From NCBI GenBank assembly GCA_005881155.1, contig VBHN01000199.1:11115-59549 (forward strand): DNA of 48,435 bases, written 5' to 3'. Numbering within the stretch: position 1 is the first letter of the stretch; each line of letters begins with the position of its first letter. Made by a program: the position numbers and the translations under genes. The notes beneath the pieces are model-generated. The model was not told the origin of the DNA and did no database searches. It was given only the letters and a program-made list of their open reading frames with translations. The stretch comes from Chloroflexota bacterium (GTDB lineage: Bacteria; Chloroflexota; Dormibacteria; Dormibacterales; Dormibacteraceae). This document shows positions 38,986 through 48,270 of this stretch, piece by piece.

Positions 38986-41092
38986 ATGTCGGATATCAGC
39001 CGTCGCAGCACCTCCATCGCGGACGCGGTCGCCACCATCCCGGGCTGGTTCCGGCCGCGGCGATTCAGCCGGGGGCCGGGGGCCGTCGCGGCCACCACGC
39101 TCTGCATCCTGTTCCTGGCGCTGGTCCTCGCCGCCGACCTCAGCACGCCGGGCCTGAGCCTGGGAGCGCTGGCCATACTGCCCGTCGTCGCCGCCGCCTG
39201 GCTTCTCTCCGGCCGGCTGGCCGCCCTGGTCGCGGGCCTGGCGATCCTGAACCGGGTCCTCTCCGGCGCGCTGGGTGGCGTCCCTCCGCTCCAGGCCGGC
39301 GCCGAGGTGGTCACCCTCGGCCTGGTGGCGGCCGTCGGCCGGGTGGCCGGGGCCTACCTGGCCGCCACCCGCTCCGCGGGTGAGCGCTCCGACCTCCTGG
39401 CACGCGTGGCCCGGATCGCGACCTCCGCCGACTCGATCCAGCAGATCCTGGACCGGATCCTGCAGGAGATGGCCCGGGAGGGATTGCGGGGCGGGTTGAT
39501 CGGGCTCATCGACGAGCGAGGCGAGATCTACGCCGCGGCCGCCGAAGGTGACATCGACGAGGCGGTCTGGAACTCGCGCATCCCGGTCGGCGAGGGGATC
39601 ATGGGCACGGCCGCGGCCGAGGGCCGTTCGATCCTGGTCCGCGACCTCGACGCGCCCGACCTGCCCGTTCCGCCGGTCAACCGGGCCCTCGGGTCCAACT
39701 CCCGCATCAAGAGCTTGGTCGTCGTGCCCCTGCTGGCGGCCGGCAAGGTCGTCGGCGTCCTGGAGCTCGACTCGGACCGGCCCAACCGCTTCGACGAGCG
39801 CGACCTGGCCCTGCTCGAGCAGGTGGCGCTGGCCATCTCGAAGGCGGTCCAGCGGGAGGGTGCGCTGCAGCTGGCCGACGACCGGGTCAAGCGGAGGGTC
39901 GAGGAGCTCACCATCCTGCTCGATGCCGCTCGCTCGCTCGGCGCCTCGGTCGAGCCCGAGCTGGTCCAGGCGGCGGTGGTCAGGACCGTGACCCATGTCC
40001 TCCGGGCCGAAAACGGCCGGGCGGCCTTGATCCGGGTCGAGGACAGCCGGCTCACAGCCCTCTCCGAGTTCATAGAGGACTCCGTGCGCACGCGCGACAT
40101 CGACTTCCCGCTGGCCTTCGCTCCCGCCGAGATGCTGCGGGCGATCGAGACCGGTCACGCCTATGGCTGCCGGCGCGACCAGGTCGATGCGGGCCTGGCC
40201 GGCTATCTCGGACCGCAGGCTCGGGCCTTCGCCTGGGCGCCGGTCCGGATCGGCAACCAGCTCTACGGCGTGGTGGTCGCCAGCTCGGAGGGGGCGCTCT
40301 TCGAGTGGCCGGCGTTGCGGATGCTGGAGGGGGTGGCTGACCTGGCAGGCCTGGCCGTGGGCAACGCGGAGCGCCTGCGGCTGGAGCTGGAGCGCAGCAG
40401 CGAGCTGACCGCGCACGCCGAGCGGATGGCCGAGCTGGAGAAGGTCAAGTCCGACTTCCTGAAGGTCGCCTCGCACGAGCTGCGCGGCCCGCTCGCGGTG
40501 CTCAAGGGCTACATCTCAATGCTCTCCGACGGCTCGATCGGGCCGGAGCATCCGGCCACGCCGCGGATCCTGGAGGTCGTCAACGGCAAGCTGGGCGAGG
40601 TCAGCGAGCTGGTCGAGCAGATGCTGGAGACGGCGAGGCTGGAGGACAGCCAGCTGCACCTGCAGCTGGACCGGCAGGACCTGCGCGAGCTGCTGGCCGA
40701 GGCCCTGGAGCGGGTTCGGCCCCGGGCTCTGCCGACCCACCGGCTGCTGCTGCTGGAGCCCGACGCTCCGGTGAGCGTGCTGGCCGACCGCGGCCGGGCC
40801 TTGACGATACTGGCCAACCTGCTGGACAACGCCATCAAGTACAGCCCCGGCGGCGATCGCCCGGGACGACCTGCCGCGGCTCTTCAGCCGCTTCGGTCGG
40901 ATCGTGACCTCCGAGAACAGCCACATCCCCGGAACCGGGCTGGGGCTCTACCTGGCCAGGGAGCTGGCGCGCATGCACGGGGGCGAGATTCTCGTGGAGT
41001 CGAAGCAGGGGATCGGTAGCGCCTTCACGCTGGTGGTGCCAGTGATCGCGAGCCAGGCTGATCGGGTCGAGAGCGGCGCGATCGAGGATTAG
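38986..41092 (+). pseudogene. membrane-anchored GAF-GAF sensor histidine kinase, HATPase domain disrupted (G1 box missing, frameshift)
   Basis: ATG at 38986. About 4 TM helices and two GAF-like regions are followed by the H-box KVASHELRGPL and the N-box LLDNAIKYSPGG. At about 40855 the frame changes. The remainder (IARDDLPRLFSRFGR...GTGLGLYLARELARMHGGEILVES) continues in the frame of ORF 40904..41092. The roughly 24 residues carrying DxGxG are absent. Confidence 0.7.
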
Positions 41093-41105
41093 TCTGAACG
41101 GCGTC

Positions 41106-41588
41106 ATGCGCCGGGCTGCCTCGGTCGCCCTCCTGTTGCTGGCCTTCCTCCCGCTGGCCGCCTGCGCAGGCAACCCCATCCGTCCGCATGTCACCGACGA
41201 GGTGAGTTTCTGGCGGGCCGACTTCGCGGTCGACCGCGACGAGCTGCTCCGGGCGATCGAAAGCTGGGATCGCTGCGGCGACGACCGGCCGGCCTGCCAG
41301 GAGGCGCTGTTTCGCGTCGAGGTCGGCGCGGCGGTCCTCTCCCGGATCGACTCCCCTTCCCATCCCCGGATCGCGGACGACGCGCTCCTGCCGCCGGCCC
41401 CGTGCTTGAGAGACGCCGACCTGATGGCCAGGGCGGCCACCAGCGACATCAGCCAGGGGGCGCGGGCGGGCTGGGACGCCTACGAGACCGGCAGCCTGAG
41501 CGAGATCGCCGTCGCCCAGACCGAGATCTCGCACGGCCGCAACCAGCTGTATGCCGCCTCGCAGCTGGTCGACGCAGCGCCGTGCTGA
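41106..41588 (+). CDS. hypothetical lipoprotein
   Basis: The signal peptide and lipobox MRRAASVALLLLAFLPLAAC are present. I recognise no family. Confidence 0.6.
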   Translation: MRRAASVALLLLAFLPLAACAGNPIRPHVTDEVSFWRADFAVDRDELLRAIESWDRCGDDRPACQEALFRVEVGAAVLSRIDSPSHPRIADDALLPPAPCLRDADLMARAATSDISQGARAGWDAYETGSLSEIAVAQTEISHGRNQLYAASQLVDAAPC

Positions 41589-41594
41589 ACCTCC

Positions 41595-41927
41595 TTAGAG
41601 ATAGTGGCGGCGGATGCTCGCGGCGTTGTTGAAGATGCGCACGCCGAACGCGACGATGGCCGCGATCGAAAGGTCGACGCCGATCTTGTCGCCGACGAAG
41701 GTCAGGCCGCCGGCCAGTGCCATGTTGGTCACCAGCCCGGTCAGGAAGACGCGCGGCTCGTAGGTCCCGGCGATGTACGCCTTGAAGGCGCCGAAGATGG
41801 AGTCCAGCGCAGCCAGCAGCGCGACGGCTGTGTAGCGGGCGTAGCCGATCGGGATCGTGACCGGCGAGAGAAGTCCGAGGAGCAGCCCGATCGCGGCGCA
41901 GACCACCGCGATGACGATTACCTGCAC
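41595..41927 (-). CDS. sbp: small basic protein Sbp (DUF1290)
   Basis: GTG at 41927 inside ORF 41595..42989. The sequence ...YTAVALLAALDSIFGAFKAYIAGTYEPRVF...GVDLSIAAIVAFGVRIFNNAASIRRH closely resembles B. subtilis Sbp/YlxX, which also follows divIB. Confidence 0.75.
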   Translation of the reverse strand: MQVIVIAVVCAAIGLLLGLLSPVTIPIGYARYTAVALLAALDSIFGAFKAYIAGTYEPRVFLTGLVTNMALAGGLTFVGDKIGVDLSIAAIVAFGVRIFNNAASIRRHYL

Positions 41928-42895
41928 GCTGTCACCTGCAGCGTCGGAGCGGCGGCGGACGGCGAGGGCCTGGGCGCGCCCGCGGCCGGAGTCGGAGTGG
42001 CCGGCGCTCGGTCGCCCTTGAACTTCACGGCCGGCTGCTGCACGTCCTCGAGGTTGATGTACTGGACCTTGTCGGGGTTCCGGACCTCGGGGTCGGCGGT
42101 GACGATTGAGTTCAGGGCGGACAGCTTCGAGGAAAGTGACGCGTACTCCTCGGGCGTCAGCACGCGGCCGAAGTAGACGGTCACCCCGCGGGCCGTGGTG
42201 AGGGTCAGCGATCCCACGCAGTCGAGCTGGAAATTCGCCACCGGCTGGCCGTAGACGGCTGGGAAGGCGGTCTGCATCCTGACCAGCGCGGAGAGCAGGC
42301 GCGGTTCCAGCGGGTTTGATCCCACCTTCGGCTGTGTGGCGCCGGCGCCCTGGATGACCGGAAGCGGTCCCGCGGCGGCCGCGGGGGCGAGGACCTCGCC
42401 CTGGTCGTTGAGGTAGAACAGCTGACCTGCCGCGCCGCTGCGGTAGACGGCCACCGGCTGCCATTCGACGATCGAGATCGCGACCCGGTCGGGCAGCAGG
42501 GGCTGCACGGAGGCGGTGCGCACCCAGGCCAGCCGCGCCAGGTCGCGCCGGATGCTGTCGCCGTCGACCGTCAGGACCGACGTCCGCGGGGTCAGGCCCG
42601 TGGCTTTGACGATCTGCTGTTGGCTCAGGTGGTTCACGCCCGTGACGGTGACCTGACGCACGGTCAGCGCTTCGTTGCGCAAAGCCCAGCCGGCTCCGGC
42701 GACCTCGGCGGCGGCAAGCGTGAGCGCGAGCAGCCGCCACCAGAGGCCTTCGATCCGGCGTCGCGGCCGCCGCGGCCGGCTGACGCGGGGCGGAGGCGGC
42801 TCGAGCTCGTCGCCCGGCTGCGGACGGCGCGCGGAAGCCGTCCGGCTGGCGTCGCGGCCGGCGCCGACGAAGGAATGACGGCGGCGGGTCTGCAT
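41918..42895 (-). CDS. ftsQ: cell division protein FtsQ/DivIB
   Basis: A basic N-terminal tail is followed by one TM helix, a POTRA domain (LTVRQVTVTGVNHLSQQQIVKATGL) and an FtsQ beta domain. The ATG overlaps the ddl TGA by 1 nt. Confidence 0.85.
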   Translation of the reverse strand: MQTRRRHSFVGAGRDASRTASARRPQPGDELEPPPPRVSRPRRPRRRIEGLWWRLLALTLAAAEVAGAGWALRNEALTVRQVTVTGVNHLSQQQIVKATGLTPRTSVLTVDGDSIRRDLARLAWVRTASVQPLLPDRVAISIVEWQPVAVYRSGAAGQLFYLNDQGEVLAPAAAAGPLPVIQGAGATQPKVGSNPLEPRLLSALVRMQTAFPAVYGQPVANFQLDCVGSLTLTTARGVTVYFGRVLTPEEYASLSSKLSALNSIVTADPEVRNPDKVQYINLEDVQQPAVKFKGDRAPATPTPAAGAPRPSPSAAAPTLQVTACR

Positions 42896-43839
42896 CAGCC
42901 TCCCCCACCCTCCATGACGCGGACGCGGGCGTGCCGGACCAGGCGCTCGCAGAGCTCGTCGAAGTCGATGCCCGCCGCGCGGGCGGCATCGGGCAGAAGT
43001 GACAGCTCGGTGAGGCCGGGGACCGTGTTTACCTCCAGGACCCAGGGCGTGCCCTGAGCGTCGACGATCAGGTCGACGCGCGCCATGCCCTCGCAGCGCA
43101 GGGTCCGGAAGCTGAGCTCGGCGGACGCTGCCGCGGCACGGCGGGCCGACTCGGGAATCCGCGCCGGGATGACGTGGTGGCTCTTGCCGGCGGTGTACTT
43201 GGCGTCGTAGTCGTAGACCGGGTTCTCACTGACGATCTCCAGCGTCGGCAGGACCTGGAGCTCGGGGGTTGCCAGGATGCCGATGGTGATCTCCACCCCG
43301 GTCACGAACCGCTGAGCCAGCACCCGGTAGTCGTAGCGGCCGGCCAGAACCAGGCCGTCGGCGACCTCTTCCTCGCTACGGGCGATGGTCAGCCCGACCG
43401 TCGAACCCTGCCGGGTCGGCTTGACCACCAGCGGCAGCCCCAACCCGGCGACCAGCCGGCCGGGCAGGTCGCCCGGGATGCCCTCGCGGACGTCGTGCTC
43501 TTGGTGGGCGGGCACGTCGACGCCGGCTTGCTCCAGGACGCGGTTCGCCATCGCCTTGTCGATGCAGAGGGCGCTGGAGAGCACGCCGCAGCCGGTGTAG
43601 GGGAGCTGGAGCAGCTCGCACAGGCCCTGGACGGTGCCGTCCTCGCCGAGCGGGCCATGGAGGGCGATGAAGGCGCAGTCGAAGCCGCCGGCCGCCAGCG
43701 AGTTCCAGGTCTCGCGGTCGAGGTCGAACGCGATCACCTCGTGGCCTCGCCGCCGAAGCGCGGCCTCGACCTGCGCGCCGGAGTTGAGCGAGACCTCCCG
43801 TTCCGAGGACCTGCCACCCTTCAGCACCGCCACCTTCAC
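42895..43839 (-). CDS. ddl: D-alanine--D-alanine ligase
   Basis: An ATP-grasp protein with HGPLGEDGTVQGLCELLQLPYTG and LEVNTVPGLT. Confidence 0.95.
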   Translation of the reverse strand: MKVAVLKGGRSSEREVSLNSGAQVEAALRRRGHEVIAFDLDRETWNSLAAGGFDCAFIALHGPLGEDGTVQGLCELLQLPYTGCGVLSSALCIDKAMANRVLEQAGVDVPAHQEHDVREGIPGDLPGRLVAGLGLPLVVKPTRQGSTVGLTIARSEEEVADGLVLAGRYDYRVLAQRFVTGVEITIGILATPELQVLPTLEIVSENPVYDYDAKYTAGKSHHVIPARIPESARRAAAASAELSFRTLRCEGMARVDLIVDAQGTPWVLEVNTVPGLTELSLLPDAARAAGIDFDELCERLVRHARVRVMEGGGG

Positions 43840-44726
43840 CGGCCGAGCTCCTCGACTTCCGGCTCCAGCTCGACTCCGAAGCGCTCGCGCACGGCCGCCT
43901 GCGCGCGCTCGACGAGCCGGCGCACGTCGGCGGCGGTCGCGCCGCCCAGGTTCTCGATGAAGTTGGCGTGCTTGGTGCTGATCACTGCGGCGCCCTCGCG
44001 TGCGCCCTTCAGGCCGGCTGCCTCGACCAGCCGGCCGGCCGAGTCACCGGCCGGGTTCTTGAAGACGCTGCCGCAGTTCTTCGACTTGATCGGCTGCGTG
44101 CGCACGCGCTCCGCCGTCCAGCGAGCCATCTGCTCGCGGGCGGCGGCGCCGTCGCCGGGCGCCAGCTGGAACCAGGCGCCGCTGATCAGCTCGCCGCGCA
44201 GCGGTCCCTCGCGAAAGGCCGAGGTGCGATAGCCGAGGTCCAGATCCTCCGGCTTCCAGCGCCGGCCGCCACCGCCTTCGACCTCGACCAGCACCTCCCG
44301 GACCTCCCTACCCCAGCAGCCGGCGTCCTGGTAGATGGCGCCTCCGACGGTGCCCGGGATCCCGATTGCGAACTCGAGACCCACCAGGTCCTGGTCGGCT
44401 GCCAGCCGGGCCAGCCGCATCATCTTCAGACCGGCCCCGCCGAAGACCCGGTCCTCCAGCCGCCGGAAGCGGCGGTCGACATCGCGGATCACGAGGCCCT
44501 CGACGCCGGCGTCGCTGACCAGCAGGTTGGTGCCCGCACCGATGACGCGGACCGGGATGCCGCGCCCCACCGCGTCATCGTGGATTGACGCGGGCTCGGC
44601 GGTCTCGAGCAGGAAGTCGGCAGGGCCGCCGATGTTGAAGGAGGTGTGGCGCGCCAGCGGCTTGCCCTCCTCCACGCGAGGCAGGGCGCGGAGCCAGGCC
44701 AGGTTGGCCTCAGTGCGCCAGCTCAT
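43836..44726 (-). CDS. murB: UDP-N-acetylenolpyruvoylglucosamine reductase
   Basis: ATG at 44726 gives MSWRTEANLAWL...RHTSFNIGGPADFLLE, an FAD-binding domain. It overlaps murC by 17 nt. Confidence 0.9.
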   Translation of the reverse strand: MSWRTEANLAWLRALPRVEEGKPLARHTSFNIGGPADFLLETAEPASIHDDAVGRGIPVRVIGAGTNLLVSDAGVEGLVIRDVDRRFRRLEDRVFGGAGLKMMRLARLAADQDLVGLEFAIGIPGTVGGAIYQDAGCWGREVREVLVEVEGGGGRRWKPEDLDLGYRTSAFREGPLRGELISGAWFQLAPGDGAAAREQMARWTAERVRTQPIKSKNCGSVFKNPAGDSAGRLVEAAGLKGAREGAAVISTKHANFIENLGGATAADVRRLVERAQAAVRERFGVELEPEVEELGR

Positions 44727-45951
44727 GCGGAACCTTCCAGATGTCGCCGGCGCCCATGAAGAGGACCAGGTCGCCCGGCTCGACAAGGGAGTAGAGATCG
44801 TCTTTGACGGTTTCGAAATGGGGTGCGAAACGCGCGCCGGGCACCTGTTCGGCAAGCTGCCGGCCGCCCACCGGGCCCGGCTCCTCGCCGGCCGCGTAGA
44901 CCTCGGTGACGATCACCTGGTCCGCTCCGCCGAAGCTGCCGGCGAACTGGTCGAGGAGGCCTGCGAGCCGGGTGTAGCGGTGCGGTTGGAAGACCAGGAG
45001 CAGGCGTCCCTGGCCGGCCAGCTCGCGGGCTGCCCCGAGGGTCGCTCGGACCTCGGTCGGATGGTGCCCGTAGTCATCGTAGAGGCGGGCGCCGCGCCAT
45101 TCGCCGACCAGCTCCAGCCGGCGCCGGGCGCCCTTGAAGGCGGCCAGGGCTTCGGCGACGGTGGCCTCCTCCACCCCCAGCTCAAGCGCCAGGGCGGCAG
45201 CGCCGCAGGCGTTCAGCTGGTTGTGCCGCCCGGGCACGCCGATGGTCAGCCCGAGCTCCCGCCAGCGGTAGTCGCCGGTCTCGATGCCGTAGGTGACGCG
45301 ACGGCCCGCGACCGGCAGACGCAGCAGCTCGTCGTCCTCGGCGCAGACCACAGCCAGCTCGCGGACCTGGGCCAGGAAGCGGGCGAAGACCTCGCGGACG
45401 GCGCCCAGGTTCGGGAAATGGTCGGGGTGGTCGAGCTCGAGGTTGGTCACGATCGCGTGCCGGGGGTGGTGCAGGACCAGCGAGCCGTCGCTCTCGTCGG
45501 CCTCCGCAATGAGCCAGCGCCCGGCGCCGACCCTGGTGCTGGCACCGTCGCCGACCAGGACCGTGGGGTCGAGACCCGCGGCGGTCAGAACCTGGCCGGC
45601 CATGTGGGTGGTCGTGGTCTTGCCGTGGGTGCCCGCCACCGCTACCGAGTCGGTGGCCGCGAACAGGTCGGCCAGCAGCTCGGCGCGGCTGAGCGTCCGA
45701 ATCCCGGCCGAGCGCGCGGCCTCCAGCTCCGCGTTTCCCGGCCTGATGGCGGCCGAGTGGATGAACAGGTCCTGGCCACGGACGTGCGCGGGGTCGTGGC
45801 CGATGGAGATCAGGGCTCCCTCGGCCACCAAGCGCTGGGTCGTCTCGGACGCTCTCAGGTCGCAGCCGCTGACGGACTCTCCGCGGGAGAGCAGGACCTG
45901 GGCGAGCGAGGAGACGCCGGCGCCACCGACGCCCATCAGGTGGACCTTCAA
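44710..45951 (-). CDS. murC: UDP-N-acetylmuramate--L-alanine ligase
   Basis: MGVGGAGVSSLA and AVAGTHGKTTTT (Mur ligase P-loop) are present, with a C-terminal Mur ligase domain. Confidence 0.9.
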   Translation of the reverse strand: MKVHLMGVGGAGVSSLAQVLLSRGESVSGCDLRASETTQRLVAEGALISIGHDPAHVRGQDLFIHSAAIRPGNAELEAARSAGIRTLSRAELLADLFAATDSVAVAGTHGKTTTTHMAGQVLTAAGLDPTVLVGDGASTRVGAGRWLIAEADESDGSLVLHHPRHAIVTNLELDHPDHFPNLGAVREVFARFLAQVRELAVVCAEDDELLRLPVAGRRVTYGIETGDYRWRELGLTIGVPGRHNQLNACGAAALALELGVEEATVAEALAAFKGARRRLELVGEWRGARLYDDYGHHPTEVRATLGAARELAGQGRLLLVFQPHRYTRLAGLLDQFAGSFGGADQVIVTEVYAAGEEPGPVGGRQLAEQVPGARFAPHFETVKDDLYSLVEPGDLVLFMGAGDIWKVPHELAH

Positions 45952-46982
45952 CGAACCGCCTCCCGCACGAACCCCAGCACCTGTTGGGCCGCGTCCTGGC
46001 GCCCAAGCCGCGCCGAGCCTTCCGCCAGCGCCCGCAGCCGGCCCTCGTCCAGCGCGTCGACCTCCGCCAGCAGGCGCTCCCCGGTCAGCTCCCGGTCCAG
46101 GATCATGACCGCCGCGCCCGACTCGACCAGCGAGCGGGCGTTGGCCTCCTGGTGGCCGCCCCCGAAGCTTCCCGGGACGAGGATTGACGGCAGCCCGACG
46201 GCCGTGATCTCGGCCAGCGTCGAGACGCCCGCCCGGGAGACGACCAGGTCCGCCTCCCGCAGCAAGCCCGCCACATCTGAATTGAACTCGTAGGGCCGGT
46301 ACCCCGGCCGGGCCAGCCGCGTGGCGTCGGCGGCGCCCTGGCGACCGGTCAGGTGGATGACCTCGGGGAAGCGCCGCAGGAGACCGTCCAGCACCGACCA
46401 GACCGCCTCGTTGATCCGGCGCGCCCCCTGGCTGCCGCCGGTGACCAGGAGAGTCTGGACGGGCACCCGCGGTGTACGGCGGGAGAAACCTTCCCTCAGT
46501 GGCAGTCCCGTGACCGCCGTCCTCACCGCCTTGACGCGAGTGCCCGGAAACGTAACGCAGACCGCGGCCGCTCCGGTCGCGAACATCCGCGTCGCCAGCC
46601 CGGGCTGCACGTTCTGCTCGTGGAGGACGTAGGGGATGCCGCGCCGGCGCGCCGCCCAGAGGGCGGGCACCGAGGCGTACCCGCCGACACCCAGGACCAC
46701 GTCGGGCCGGAACGCCTCCACGATCGCTCCCCCCCGCCTCATCGCCGCGGGCAGGACGGCGGGCAGGGCGAGGTTCTTCAGCGGCGCGTCGCGGTTCAGG
46801 CCCTGGATGCGAATCGTCTCCAGCTCGAACCCGGCTTTGGGCACCAGTCGCTCCTCGGGCCCGCCCGCCTTGCCGACCAGCAGCACCGCGCCCTCCGGCT
46901 CCTCAGCGCGAAAGGCCTGGGCCACGGCCAGGGCCGGCATCAGGTGCCCGCCGGTCCCTCCGCCCGAGATCAATAATCTCAT
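45948..46982 (-). CDS. murG: undecaprenyldiphospho-muramoylpentapeptide beta-N-acetylglucosaminyltransferase
   Basis: ISGGGTGGHLMPALAVA and TGGSQGA are present. The ATG overlaps the ftsW TGA (ATGA). Confidence 0.95.
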   Translation of the reverse strand: MRLLISGGGTGGHLMPALAVAQAFRAEEPEGAVLLVGKAGGPEERLVPKAGFELETIRIQGLNRDAPLKNLALPAVLPAAMRRGGAIVEAFRPDVVLGVGGYASVPALWAARRRGIPYVLHEQNVQPGLATRMFATGAAAVCVTFPGTRVKAVRTAVTGLPLREGFSRRTPRVPVQTLLVTGGSQGARRINEAVWSVLDGLLRRFPEVIHLTGRQGAADATRLARPGYRPYEFNSDVAGLLREADLVVSRAGVSTLAEITAVGLPSILVPGSFGGGHQEANARSLVESGAAVMILDRELTGERLLAEVDALDEGRLRALAEGSARLGRQDAAQQVLGFVREAVR

Positions 46983-48268
46983 CTGACAGGGGGGACATCC
47001 CCCCTGCCGGCCGTGCTCGGCTCAGCCTGCGCGCGGCCTACCCCCCTGATAGGGGGGACGTCCCCCCTGCCGGCCGTGCTCGGCTCAGCCTGCGCGCGGC
47101 CTACCCCCCTGCTCCGACGCCGGGTTCCTTGGGAAGAGATGTTCAGCAGCACGCCGATGGCGGCCAGCGTCATGGCGACCGACGAGCCACCGTAGCTGAT
47201 CAGCGGGAGCGGGACGCCGGTGATGGGCAGGGTGTCGGTGACGGTCGCCATGTTCACCAGGGCCTGGAAGGTGATCCAGGTCGTGATCGCCGCGGCCAGG
47301 GTGAGGCCCAGCCGGTCGGGCGCTCGCAGTGCGGCCCGGTAGCCGCGGACCCCGAAGAGGGCGAAGCCGAACAGCACCAGGCTGGTCCCGACCAGGCCCG
47401 TTTCCTCGCCGATGATCGCGAAGATGAAGTCGGTGTGGGCCTCGGGCAGCCAGAGGAACTTCTGCACCGAATGTCCGATCCCGACCCCCCAGAAACCGCC
47501 CGAGCCGAGCGCGTAGAGCGCCTGGGTGGACTGGAAGCCCGCGTTGAGCTGGTCCTGGAAAGGGTTGACGAAGACCGCCAGCCGGGCGGCCCGGTAGGGC
47601 TCCAGGACCACGGCCAGCCAGCCGCAGAGGCCGAGCCCGAGCAGCAGGAGGACGAGGTGCCGCTTCCGGCCCCCGGCCGAGATGAAGGCGGCGACCAGGA
47701 TTGCCGCGATCACCAGGGCCGTGCCCAGGTCGCGCTCGAGCAGGACCAGGCCGAGCGCGCCGACCAGCAGGACCAGGTAGGGGGCGAAGCCGTCCTTCAG
47801 GTCCCGCAGGCGCTCGCCGCGCTTGACCAGCCAGGCCGACATGAAGAGGGCGAAGGCCAGCTTGGCGAGCTCGGTGGGCTGGATCACCAGCGGGCCGGCG
47901 GCGAACCAGCGGCGGGCGCCATTGACCTCGACACCCAGCAGCGGTACCAGCACCAGCAGCACCGTCACGACCACGGTCCCGGGCAGGATCAAGGGCTTCA
48001 GGTGGTGGTAGTCGATCCGCATCAGGGCGAGCATCGCCGCCGCCCCGAGGCCGGCGGAGAGCAGCTGACGCTCGAAGTAATAGAGCGCCGTCAGGTGCTG
48101 CACGTAAGCCAGCGCCTGGCTTGCGCTGAGCACGAAGACGAGCCCGGTTCCCACCAGCAGCACCGTCACCAGGAGCAGCCAGCGATCGCCCTCCCGCCGG
48201 ACGGCCCGCTCGGCCCTTTCGGTTCGCTCGCTCCGCCACTGCTCGCGCAGCTCCTCGACAACAGCCAT
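46979..48268 (-). CDS. ftsW: SEDS-family peptidoglycan glycosyltransferase FtsW, with a repeat-derived C-terminal tail
   Basis: About 10 TM helices and the conserved ...TGVPLPLISYGGSS are present. The last 42 codons are two copies of RGVGRAQAEPSTAGRGDVPP(I/V)R, encoded by the 63-nt tandem repeat. Confidence 0.9.
   Translation of the reverse strand: MAVVEELREQWRSERTERAERAVRREGDRWLLLVTVLLVGTGLVFVLSASQALAYVQHLTALYYFERQLLSAGLGAAAMLALMRIDYHHLKPLILPGTVVVTVLLVLVPLLGVEVNGARRWFAAGPLVIQPTELAKLAFALFMSAWLVKRGERLRDLKDGFAPYLVLLVGALGLVLLERDLGTALVIAAILVAAFISAGGRKRHLVLLLLGLGLCGWLAVVLEPYRAARLAVFVNPFQDQLNAGFQSTQALYALGSGGFWGVGIGHSVQKFLWLPEAHTDFIFAIIGEETGLVGTSLVLFGFALFGVRGYRAALRAPDRLGLTLAAAITTWITFQALVNMATVTDTLPITGVPLPLISYGGSSVAMTLAAIGVLLNISSQGTRRRSRGVGRAQAEPSTAGRGDVPPIRGVGRAQAEPSTAGRGDVPPVR
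46983..47108. repeat. two tandem 63-nt units of the G6-AC(A/G)T-C6...C6 structured repeat
   Basis: Units 46983..47045 and 47046..47108 match at 61 of 63 positions. The mismatches are at 46987/47050 and 46997/47060. The same family has a copy in ileS at 32090. Confidence 0.9.
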
Positions 48269-48270
48269 GC

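Noticed and set aside
41928-42989. The upstream 354 codons of ORF 41595-42989. The over-long 5' parts of ORFs 35035-36231, 2075-3499, 28178-28882 and 43836-44855 are the same kind of case.
   Set aside because: Only the 3' portions have protein-family signal (Sbp, PgeF, rhodanese, Gmk, MurB). The 5' extensions are out-of-frame readings of the upstream gene (ftsQ, nrdR, and so on). Plausible internal ATG or GTG starts sit at 4-nt or short overlaps.
46983-47108. Could the tandem 63-nt repeat be a tiny CRISPR array?
   Set aside because: There are only two directly abutting units with no spacers. They lie entirely inside the ftsW reading frame and no cas genes are in the window. A related single copy in ileS fits a dispersed repeat rather than a CRISPR array.
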